Assembly: GCF_022045235.1 (NCBI RefSeq)
Contig: NW_027266297.1
Span: 37,324,001 to 37,388,000 of the forward strand
Source: Haliotis cracherodii
Lineage: Eukaryota
Length of the DNA stretch: 64,000 bases
Direction of reading: 5' to 3'
The notes beneath the pieces are model-generated. The model was not told the origin of the DNA. It saw only the letters and a program-made list of their open reading frames with translations, and did no database searches. Shown piece by piece: positions 53,801-64,000 of the stretch. Numbering within the stretch: the stretch's first letter is position 1; the number at the start of each line of letters is the position of its first letter. A program made the translations under genes and the position numbers.

Positions 53801-56800
53801 TTACATGTATTAAGATTACCATGCATAAGATGGATCAGCCTAGTTCATATTTAGCATTAAATTTGCAGGTCTACATAGGTAATTTGTATCAATACACATA
53901 CAGAATAATTAATCTTATTATTGTTCCAGATACAGATACATTGTGATACTTCTTAGTCCATATATTGATGCTAAAACTTTCAATCAATGACACCCCTAGC
54001 CACAGGTGGTGGTGAAATGGGGTTTAACGTTGTGTCCAAGATTATTGCACCTATATAGCGACGTGCATGTACGTGTGTGTGTGCATGTGTGCGTGCGTGC
54101 GTGTGTGCGTGCGTGCGTGTGTGCGTGCGTGCGTGTGGCTGCTTGTACTAGTCCCGACTGATGCCGATTTATAGTGCTAGCCCACTGAGATACCATGCCG
54201 CAGTTTAACATGAATACCCCACTCAGACACAGTATACTGACCAGTCCTTGTTTTAGCCCCTTAATGCCGAGCGCCAGACAGGGTAACAACAAGTACCATC
54301 TTTTAACGTCTTTTGGAATGACGCGGCCGGGGATCGAACCCCGGACCTTCCGCTCTCCGGGCGGACGCTCTACCACAAGACCACGGAGGCAGTCCCTAGC
54401 CACAGGGTTAATGAATACTGCAGGTCATCTCTGACAGTTTTGAAACGGTAATGAAAGATATTGTGAAGTACAAAGTGTTCCTGTCTACTTGACTCAACAA
54501 CAAATTATAATTAATCTCCGAAAAAGAAATGTCTATGTCAACGTTATCAATATGGTAAAAGTCAGTCAACATGTGTTCACACATAAACATATCAAATGAT
54601 GTGCACTGCTGTGAACAGCTGCAAACTTGCTGAAACAACATAAACCCATCCTCCATGCTCACTGCCTCCTCACCAGCCTCTGTCCATCTCTGCCTGGTCT
54701 ACAGAAGAACGCCAGTCTCTGTGTGAGTGTGATGATAACTGGGATATCCACAACATTGTCCTTGCTGACTGGCTGTAACTTCTGGTCAAAATCGGCACGC
54801 AAGGTTTCACTCTGCACACATGGAAAATGGATAAGTTACATGACAGTCCATACCATAAGCATGTTGAAATCTTTTGAATATCTGAGTTACATAAACAAAA
54901 CACAATCAATAATATTCTTAGAGCAGAAACAAAATGTTTTATTATGCAGGGGAGTATCATTCATGTGGGCATGCAGGGGTAGATTTAACAACAAATTTGT
55001 AAGTAGCCGGCTGGGCTTGCTCCTAATAAAAGTGACTGGCCCTTCTCCAAACTAAATGGTCTACAACAAAATCGTGGAGGCCGCTAAGTGAATGAACCTG
55101 TGGTTGCGTAGCTGTAAGCAAGGATTATATCCTACCTAAATATTATTCCAGGGGAAGTTTTACTCTAGATAATAGCAAAAATGGATAGTGAGTGCCTGAG
55201 TATGGTTTTATGCCATTTTTAGCAATATTCCAGCAATACTAAAATGGATAGAATTATCATTAAACCGCACGCATGCTATCAGAAATCAGCGGGCCACTGT
55301 AACTTAATAGTGCCCTCATATTGTTTGATGACGGGCCATTATCGGCACGTTGTTAGGTGACGTCATAGGATAGGGATAGGTGACGTCATCTGGTTTGTTC
55401 TATGACGCTTCCATACTTGTAAAAGTGGGTCAGTGACATTCGTGTTGATTGCAGTAAATGTTTCAAAACCGATATTGTTGTTTCTTTTTATTTGATAACA
55501 TCCATTTTAGCTATAATAACGGTATTGCTGTTTAATAACGGTATTGCACTTTTTCAGGGCATTATCATTTGCAGAAGCCCTTGGTCTTTTCAACTGCCCT
55601 CCTTCGTCGGGCAGTTAATGTAAGACCTCAGGCTTCAGCAAATGATAATGCACTGAAAAACAGCGTTACCCTTATAGTATAGTATAGGATAGGATTAAAC
55701 ACACTAGTACTGGTATGGGTTCAATTCACTAGGGAGAATCATCCTGACACTAGAGAATTTCATCCCTGGGATAAAAAATACGGTAGGATAATATTCACTC
55801 TTACATAGCCATCTAGCAAGGATCTGAAAATTGTAGAATTCTTCACCACTAAAACATGGTTTCCTACACTCTGAGAGTGGACTATTCTACTTGGCTTTCA
55901 TTTGCCTCATTTCACAGGTAAAGATTTCAGTATCTTTCCATTTGAGACAAAGCTTATCTTCATCAACAATGATTAATACTTACCAGTTTCTTCCTGGATG
56001 TAAATCCTCGAAAGAATGCTTGTATTTTACATGCACTCAGATTTCTCTGTCGATTTCCCTACAAATACAAGCCAAAAGAACCCTCAACATATGATAAAGT
56101 GGACTATTCTACTCCACAACATGATGAATGAGTCAAAGGGTAAAAAAGTTAAACATGTTACAGGGTAATATGTTACTATAATCATGGCAGAATAATTATT
56201 AGGCAAAGCTGCTGCTAGATGACGCATGGAAGAGTCAGGTTCACTAGAACCTTCAAAGAGATCACGATCCCCGTTCCTGGAATATCAGGACCTTCTTGGT
56301 CAACCAAGGGTGTAGTGGACCTAGCACAACTCTCTGACAATAAACTATATATCATTCATTTGGCATCGTGCCAAATTAGTTTCAAATTACCTTATCTTTA
56401 TATAGTTACTAGCAAGTCCCCTTTTCCTCGATCTAAAGATTCCATTTGGATTAATGTTAAAAATGTTAATGTTTCCCAAGACAACACCTCGACCTATCCC
56501 TCTGTTCATTGATTACCGCACTCTTCCTTCCTAATGCGATCCTCAATCTAACATTAAGTTCATCGGTCAGACACGAAATAGAAAGGAAAACAGGTATTAT
56601 GGCATTGGTCAAAGTTAATTATCTACATTCTGACCATATACTTTATCTCCTTAACATTTTTCTGACCATGCAAGTAATTATTCCCCTCTCCCAAAAATTT
56701 GAATTTCTCATGATATACTCTCACTGGTCTTGATACAAGATTCAATCATCCTTCCTATTTCCATTTAATAATTTACCCAACCACTTTGTAAGATTTCATA

Positions 56801-58966
56801 AAATGTTCATATTAGAACTCTAATCCAAAATACCCTGGTAACAGTACAACCAACAAGGTGATCAGCATTTGAGATAAGTGTATACTTGTAAACATGGTAA
56901 AGCTGTGGCTGGTAATATATCAGTGGCCAAGCAGAAAAAATTTGTTTGTTTCACATCCCACCTGTCTGGGGTTTTTTATTCACCAAATGTCGTGAAATGC
57001 TGAATATATTAATTGTCACCCCAATTATCATGTTTGTCACAACAGGTACTTAACCATATTCACTGTATCAGTGCTTTGCTCCAAAAAGTGACCCTTTACC
57101 AATTTGCAGACCAATCTGCAAGTAATGTATCTGTATCTTTTTGTGCATATTACTTTTTAAAAAAAAGGTAAACACAGCAGTGTAGAAGGGGTATATGATT
57201 GCAGAGAAACTGCGAAACTTGTATTCTAAAAAATGATTTAGTCTCATTGACGTTTGAACTGAGTTTGTTTTCTACTGCTTGATCTCTGACAACATATTCA
57301 ACTTGGTTATTGCGGTAATATTTGTTGGCAAGATTAACAGACCTTTGCTGCAGGACTGTTATTAACATGATCATGTACTACTGAAGACCTATAAATCTAC
57401 TTGACCAGTTAGTGAGTTAAGATCTGCGCGCCTTCCCGCCCTAGCTAAGTAACAGTGATGTCACATTAATAAAGGATAGCGGTACACTTCAACATGTTGA
57501 ATTAGCATGATCTTTAGGAGAGCAGAACAAGAATGTAAAATAAGCTGTATGTGAACACGGTAAAGATTAATTTCATTTTTTCTTAGCAATTCCGGATATT
57601 TATGAAAAACATAGGACATGAAAAAACAATCATTTATCAATCTCATGGCAAATCTGAACTTGCAATCTTTATAAGTTATATAAATATGAATACATTTAAC
57701 ATCCATTTAGTCTTCCATAGGTCAACAATGATAAAACTAATTGGATTATACTTTCTACCACTGTACCAGCACAAGATAATTACCTCTCTCTTTTGCCTTT
57801 CTTCTTGTGCTCTCTTCAGCAGTGATTCTTTCTGTTCCTACAACATGTAAAATGGCAAAGTTCTTCATGACTTTGATCAGGACATCATCCAAATACTTAA
57901 CAATGACAGTATCAGAATGACTTGAATGTTTATCATGCTTATGGGGTAAGTGACATTTGGAAATGATGGGCTTGGTTTCAGGAATATGTTCATGTAGGTA
58001 GTCTGAATGTAGAAGGCCATATTTGCTTTACTCAAGCTGAAGCACTGAATGAGGGAGTTGGGTTTTATGCCGGTTATAGCAATATTCCAGCAATACCATG
58101 GCGGGGACACTAGATAGGGGCTACACACACTGTACCAATGTGTCGAATCGAAACAAGGTCTTTGGCATGGCAAGTGAACACTTTGCCCACCACCCCTGAA
58201 GAACTGAGACAAGACAACAAAAGGTCCCAATTTTTGATTGCCATACTAAAATTGATAATGACCATGATGGCAACAAACAAATCAAACATAGGCTAAGATG
58301 TCTAATCACAGACTCAATGATATCAATTATTATGCAGAATACATATTATGAAACATGGAGATTACAGTAAACAGAGAATATTGATTCCAAGCAACCTTTG
58401 CTTGTCATAAGAGATAACTAAATGGAGTGGGCAGTTAGGCTCGTCAAACAAACAAATAACAAACAGTGATGTACACACTGACATTGACACTGACACAAAT
58501 TCCATCATTATAATCCACAGTGCATCACTGTTGAAATATCGGTTATAATTTGAATTTTAGAAAGAGCTAACAACATATCTGTAATTAAATTGGGCCTAAT
58601 TAATGTGTAAGCTTTTGACCCAGTAGGATTACAATCAAAATTACTGAATTGGGCCTAGATTACAATTTTGGATTAGACTACAAAATGATGGGTCATTATG
58701 ATCAACTACGCAGAAATACCAAGTCGCAATAATTATTCGTGTAGAGTCTTCAAACGAACAATAGAAATATATGAGGTGGGCCGCCTTCGTCTCCATGTTA
58801 AAAAAACTATAATTGTCTCAATGTTTAGACTGAAAACCAAAACAGCTGATTGAAGATTAGTTTCGCTTGACCAAAAGAAGTAATCGCCAGATCATAATAC
58901 CTTTTTACTTGCACCCCTCAAGGACTGAACGGGCTTTCTTCTGAAATCTCCTTCAAAACTGTACAT
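38898..58966 (-). CDS. UBE3C: Ubiquitin-protein ligase E3C (IQ motif plus HECT domain), complete, 24 exons, 1074 aa
   Basis: Exons (minus): 58966-58901, 57837-57784, 56058-55984, 54811-54674, 53559-53450, 52496-52336, 51818-51665, 51280-51036, 50688-50561, 50445-50261, 49686-49600, 48464-48310, 47209-46989, 46492-46388, 46147-46063, 45891-45797, 44520-44379, 44147-43903, 43238-43114, 42573-42483, 41695-41597, 41330-41174, 40094-39964, 39068-38898 (3225 nt, all GT-AG, in frame). Motifs [60 protein letters not shown]. Confidence 0.96.
41859..42185 (-). mobile_element. SINE family B (Meta/MESC-domain-like) copy
   Basis: Homologous to 63088-63440. Confidence 0.8.
44561..44734 (-). mobile_element. 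SINE family A, TSD tcaacatgttatag
   Basis: 14-bp direct repeat flanks the element. Confidence 0.9.
44850..45365. mobile_element. Hairpin element: about 80-bp inverted arms plus terminal direct repeats
   Basis: Palindrome 44939-45112 centred on cgaggcttgccaag; direct repeat gatatctcctgtg..agccagtt.tggatgataaat at 44915 and 45330. Confidence 0.75.
47811..48131 (-). mobile_element. SINE family B copy adjacent to SINE D (47528-47792)
   Basis: Homology to 63088-63440. Confidence 0.8.
48699..48871 (-). mobile_element. SINE family A, TSD tgtt(c/a)tggtatctgac
   Basis: Near-consensus copy; lies inside a short inverted-repeat element (accaattttatga / tcataaaattggt). Confidence 0.9.
52021..52128. mobile_element. 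Short MITE; related copy about 49093-49198
   Basis: cctgttcca ... tggaacagg termini; internal gcactacga repeats shared with the second copy. Confidence 0.6.
52583..53391. mobile_element. Cluster of three SINE A copies (52583-52745 +, 53078-53226 -, 53252-53391 -)
   Basis: Homology to 4105-4281. Confidence 0.8.
54005..54392 (-). mobile_element. SINE family B with internal (GTGC)n microsatellite; TSD ccctagccacagg
   Basis: tRNA-like head, TCATTCCAAAAGACGTTAAAAGATGGTAC..CCCTGTCTGGCGCTCGGCATTAAG central domain, 13-bp TSD. Confidence 0.9.
58047..58197 (-). mobile_element. Diverged SINE A copy
   Basis: tagcaatattccagcaata..ggcggggacac..tgtacc. Confidence 0.7.
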
Positions 58967-59241
58967 TTTGTGGATTAATGTGATCTCAGTACTTTCCAAT
59001 ATCTAAATATTTTCTAGAATCTTTGTTGAATGACAAATCAACTCTCCTCTCTTCTGTTTAACCGGAAACTAATGTACGAAGGCGTCTAGTATAAACATTA
59101 TGATTGGTTCCTGAATTTCATTACATCCAATCAAATGTAACAGTACATACAACCAACTATAGCAGAAAACAACTTCCTGTCATTAGGACATGTGCTTGTT
59201 ATTTCTGAGACGGTGTTTTGATTGAAATTAGTACTTTAATC
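58967..59241. promoter_or_regulatory. Bidirectional promoter region between UBE3C and DPH5
   Basis: Start codons 275 bp apart, divergent; CCAAT boxes in both orientations (gattgg 59102, ccaatc 59128) and ETS-like ccggaa (59062) and acttcct (59172). Confidence 0.75.
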
Positions 59242-62200
59242 ATGTTTTATCTGGTTGGTTTGGGGTTGGGGGATGTAAAAGATATAACTGTGAAAGGCCT
59301 AGAAGTTGTTAAGAATGCTGAAAGGGTTTACCTTGAAGCGTACACATCAATCCTGACAGTTGGCAAGGAAGCATTGGTAAATAATGTGTGGATATTTTAC
59401 TAAATATGTGATCGTTATTAGTCACTTTTCGTGATTTTCCGAAATATTAAAACAGATTATAATAATCAAGATCATGACAATATTCCATTTATTTCACTTG
59501 TTTCCTTCTTGAAATGTTTTCGTGAAACAAGATGGTAACACCAAATAATTGTCACTGAAGCCTACAATCTACGGTGTTGACTCAGTCCCCAGCTGGCTCA
59601 GTACTTATCCACTAGGCCCTATAGGTTATAAAATAATAAGGAAGAGAATATCCACCTGGTGAAGCAGTTAGCATATGCTCCGAAACGTTGTGTTCCTCAT
59701 AATAAAGAAGTTGACATCCATATATTCTCTTCCTGCACCTGATGAAGGAGTAAGCATATACTCCGAAACGTTGTGTTCCTCATAATAAAGAAGTTGACAT
59801 CCCTATATTCTCTTCCTTATGTTAATCACTTCTAAATGTCTTCCAAAGACCTAATAAAATAATAGACTAAAATAATGAACAGAATGATATTTTTTCAGGA
59901 GGAGTACTATGGACGAAAAGTAATTCTTGCTGATAGAGACATGGTTGAGCAACAATCAGGTACATTTCAAGGTTCATGTTCCACAAGAAATAGAGTTTCT
60001 GTTTCCACATATTGGTCATAATATTGAAAGTAGTTATTCCAGATAGTGAATTGTGTAGTTTTGACATGAACCCTGCTGGGGTTAACTAGAGATCGAGGTT
60101 ATAATATGCTAACCCAAGTATTATTTTCTCATATAACTGTTCGGAAATAGGGTAAGCGAGGATGTATGAGAATATATCATTTGGAAATATCGCCAAGTTT
60201 TAGCAATTAGTGCAGTTGCTTTTTAATCCTTTTACGATATCAGTCAGTGTATTATGTTACAGTATACAAGAAAGGAGGCATTGACAAATGCAGCCATGTT
60301 CTGCTGTGTTTTTCATGGCTGAATTAGGATCTCAGATCGTATAGCAATGTTCACTTCATCCTCATGTGTCTCTGGTGAATAGCAAAGATTAGTTGATTCA
60401 CTAATTCACCACTCATCATGATGCATCACGTTTCCATAAGACTTTCGGGACGTTCGGGTAGCCTTGTGATTAAAGCGTTCGCTCGTCACGTCGAAGACCC
60501 GGGTTAGATTCCTGACATGGGTACAATGTGTGAAGCCCATTTCTGGTGTCCCCCACTGTGATATTGCTGCAATATTGCTAAAAGCGGCGTAAAACCATAC
60601 TCACTCACTCACTCACCATAAGACTTTCATGTCGTAAGTTGGCATATGAATACTAAACGATGGGTTACATATTTATTAGTATCTTACCCATATTGTCATT
60701 GTGTCTGTAAATAGAAATTGTTTTTTAGAGCATCGCCAAATTGTCCTAGTTTGAGAATTATGTACACAACAAGTCTGATTGGTCTTTTTTGCTCATGTAT
60801 TGACCTCACTGTCACTTTGTGGATGATACACACAGTTGAAGCAACACATTTTGAGATTTGGTATCTCTAATTACAGATGAGTTGTTGGATGGTGCAGACA
60901 AGTCAGATGTGGCGTTTCTGGTAGTTGGAGATCCTCTTGGGTAATTTATATGATGCACTGTCACTGTGGATAGACGATCATGTGGCAATGTATTAGATAC
61001 TCATTTGTCTCAGACTCAATTATTTATATGCCACTGTGATGCTCACTCTATCAGTCACTGCATATGAGAACAAGAAGGAATTAATAAATCCACTTTAAGT
61101 TTTGTATTTCACAAACAGAATATTTTTGTTGTATGATCCAAACTTGACTGGAACAGTTGACTAAAACTTCCAACGGTCTTGCATCTTGAGCAAGAATGAA
61201 GTTGAAAATATGTTCAGGCAAAAGATTCAAAACAGTTTCAGTGGCTGGTGTGCATTGTCTGACGTCATGCATATTTTCACTTCCCTTAGATCTATAGCTG
61301 AGATTCTATACACTGATGCATCTAAGTATAACCACATTCATCATCTATAGTTCAATATGTTTAAATTAAGAATTTGTTATGATTGTTTTTAGAATTATTA
61401 AGAAAGCTTGTCTGTATAAAACAATAATTGTGGTGTAATAGTGTTTCATTGTTGACAGAGCGACAACCCACACTGACCTGATCCTACGAGCTGTTGAGAA
61501 GGGAATACAGTACCGAGTGGTCCACAATGCCTCCATCATGAATGCTGTAGGTTGCTGTGGCTTGCAGGTGGGTGGTTATGTGAGATGTTAAAGATACACT
61601 GGTCTCTACCATCTGGTGTCATGTCCCACTGAGGTCTTTTTGTAATTAGTGATTTTATTACATTGAGACGGGCTCAAATTCAGATATATTACAATCAACA
61701 GGAATAGTGGCAAAATTGCAGATTCGTCATTAAGCAGTAATCACCAGCTACCATGGCTACTGTGTTTGAAATTAAGCATGAAAGCCAAGTCCTTGTCATT
61801 GCTGGTGTGTTAATGTTAAAGATTTAGGTTGTCCCTTGATTCAATCCTACAGACACAAACTTAAAAAGTACCTCCCAAAACTTGGAACACTGCTCGATTA
61901 CAATGTAGCAAGTATGTCACAGTCACATGTCTTTAAGGACCCGTGAAGATTCCGGGGTAGAATAGGTCTTCAGCAACCCATGCCTGCCGTAAAAGGCGAC
62001 TGTGCTTGTCGTAAAAGGCGACTAACGGGATTGGGTGGTCAGGGGCTCGCTGACTTGGTTGATACATGTCATCGATCCCAATGTCAATCACTGGATTGTC
62101 TGGTCCAGACTCCATTATTTTACAGACCGCCGTCATATAGCTGGAATATTGCTGAGTGCGGCGTTAAACAACAAACCAAACCAAACCACATGTCTTTAAG

Positions 62201-62547
62201 AAAGTCTGGAGTCTGGAAGCAATAACTTCCTCATAAGAACAATTACACACAATCACCACCTTTTTAAATATTTTTTTGACTAGAAAGTATTTTTGATATA
62301 ATGCTATACCCAGTCTCCATTGTTTTCTTTTCAAACTTGTGGTTTGCTCACTTTGGAATCAGCTGTATCCATACCGTAGGTATGTCTTTCTTGCAATTCT
62401 GATGGAAGAGATATTGTGATTTTCAGTTATACAACTATGGTGAGGCAGTGTCTATTGTGTTCTGGACAGACACCTGGAGACCAGACAGCTTCTTTGACAA
62501 GATAGCAGTCAACAGGGACAGGGGGATGCACACCTTGTGTCTACTAG
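59242..62547 (+). CDS. DPH5: Diphthine methyl ester synthase, first five coding exons; continues beyond the window
   Basis: Exons 59242-59376, 59899-59959, 60877-60940, 61459-61567, 62427-62547, encoding [21 protein letters not shown]..., [49 protein letters not shown]. Confidence 0.96.
59636..59820 (+). mobile_element. Penelope-like pseudo-LTR relic: 83-bp tandem dimer bounded by a 16-bp inverted repeat
   Basis: Units 59653-59734 and 59736-59817, each with aataaa; ataaggaagagaatat / atattctcttccttat. Confidence 0.6.
59735..59776 (+). ncRNA. Candidate minimal type I hammerhead ribozyme (Penelope-like element type); mutated second copy at 59653-59693
   Basis: gcac-CTGATGA-a-GGAGTA[agcata]TACTCC-GAAA-CGTT-gtgt: conserved core, perfect 6-bp stem II, palindromic AACGTT stem III, 4-bp stem I. 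Confidence 0.6.
60447..60615 (+). mobile_element. SINE family A, TSD ccataagactttc
   Basis: 13-bp direct repeat flanks the element. Confidence 0.9.
61938..62186 (+). mobile_element. SINE family C, TSD cacatgtctttaag
   Basis: 14-bp direct repeat; V-domain-like core. Confidence 0.88.
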
Positions 62548-63087
62548 GTACTGTACACAAGTTCAGAAGTTATCTTCTGGAAAAAATAATGAAATAGTAA
62601 AAATAAATATTTGTCTCATATTTGATCAAAGTGTTGCAGAAGGATGAACATCTTGATAGATTGAATGGTCATGGGAAGGATTGATTTGCACGGGACACAC
62701 AATGCCATGTCATGTTAATGTGTGTTACAGGTTTTTTTAAGCAAGACATTTGTCTGTAATAGCCAGCAGTCTATTTTAATTGTTGGCTGTATCTGTAAGG
62801 CAGGTGTCTATGGTACATCATTTCTTCACCAAATACCACAAATCAATAAAGCCTGAATTGAATTATGTCCAGTGTTTCCCATTTTTTCATAACAATTCTT
62901 TTTATGCTTTTATTTCTTGACATGGTGAATCCCTGTTTATTATTCTACAAGCTTGTGCTCGATACTTCAGAGTGAGCTGACAATACTGTGTTCTAAGGGA
63001 CACAACTCTTACAGGTTTCAAGCAGTGACTCTCTCTGCTGTCTGAATCACCCATCTGTTTTATTACTATTACTTCAAAAACTTGTTG

Positions 63088-63440
63088 GACCGCCTCCGTG
63101 GTCAAGTGGTAGAGCGTCCGCCCGGAGAGCGGAAGGTTCGGGGTTAGATCCCCGGCAGCGTCATACCAAAAGATGTTAAAAGATGGTAATTGTTGTTACC
63201 CTGTCTGGTGCTCGGCAATAAGGGGCTAAAACAAGGACTGGTTGGCTCTGAGTCAGTATACTGTGTCTGAGTGGGGTACTCATGTTAAACTGCGGCATGG
63301 TATCTCTGTGGGCTAGCACTATAAATCGGCATCAGTCCGGACTAGTACAAGCAGCCACACAAACGCACATGTGCATGCACGTTGCTGTATAAGTGCAATT
63401 ATCTTGGATGCGACGTAAACCCCATTTCACCTCACCACCT
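63088..63440 (+). mobile_element. SINE family B, full length, TSD tcaaaaacttg
   Basis: tRNA-like head GACCGCCTCCGTGGTCAAGTGGTAGAGCGTCCG, Meta-like central domain. Confidence 0.88.
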
Positions 63441-64000
63441 CAAAAACTTGAGTGTTTGAAACTAGCTGTCATGTTCACCCAACTTCTAAATGCCTATCAA
63501 AGACTTAACTGTTTATGTTTTATTTTGACCCCATAACTACCATCACCTTCGGCTTTATCTAAAAGGTAGGTGACTCGTGAAGATCAGGCTACAGAATAGG
63601 TCTTCAGCAACCCATGCTTGCCATAAGAGGTGACTATGCTTGTAGTAAAAGGCGACTAATTGGATCGGTTAGTCAGGTTGGTTGGTTGATGCATGTCATC
63701 ATGTCCAAATTGTGTAGATCGAAGCTCGTGATGTCAATCACAGGATTGTGAGGTCCAATCTCGATTATCTACAGACCGCTGTCATATAGCTGGAATATTT
63801 CTGAGAGCAGCATGAAATAACAAACAAAAAAACAACCTGTAAAAAGCAGGTATCTATGGTACAATGTACAACGCTTCTTCACCAGTTTGCATGGAATGTT
63901 AAAGCCTGAATAATTATTGATGGTGTTTCCCATATTTTTTATAAGAATTCTTTTTATACTTTTTATTTCATGACGTGTTATTGTAGAACAGTGGTGAATC

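Noticed and set aside
56219-56733. ORFs inside the putative solo LTR; possible NUMT or viral relic
   Set aside because: No recognisable protein motif in the frames examined

Overview
Eukaryotic, intron-rich, AT-rich animal genomic DNA. It is probably a gastropod mollusc, possibly abalone-like; this is inferred from the SINE repertoire and the protamine-like H1. Five protein-coding loci were reconstructed by hand from GT-AG boundaries and frame continuity: (1) the 5' part of CC2D2A on the minus strand, ATG 14777, continuing off the left edge; (2) a solitary intronless histone H1 / sperm protamine-like gene at 20437-21042 with a canonical histone stem-loop, plus a decayed paralogous promoter and start about 2.6 kb upstream; (3) an unrecognised 329-aa coiled-coil protein with a Cys/His zinc-motif C-terminus at 23421-25326; (4) a complete 24-exon UBE3C on the minus strand, 58966-38898, 1074 aa; (5) the first 5 coding exons of DPH5, head-to-head with UBE3C. 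Non-coding DNA holds four SINE families sharing a 3' tail, MITEs, long hairpin elements, an L2/CR1 fragment and an apparently exact 2454-bp tandem duplication. The most unusual observations are three independent minisatellites in CC2D2A, each built from an exon 3' end plus its splice donor, and a tandem pair of minimal hammerhead-ribozyme motifs in DPH5 intron 1. No database search was run; family names come from recognition of motifs.
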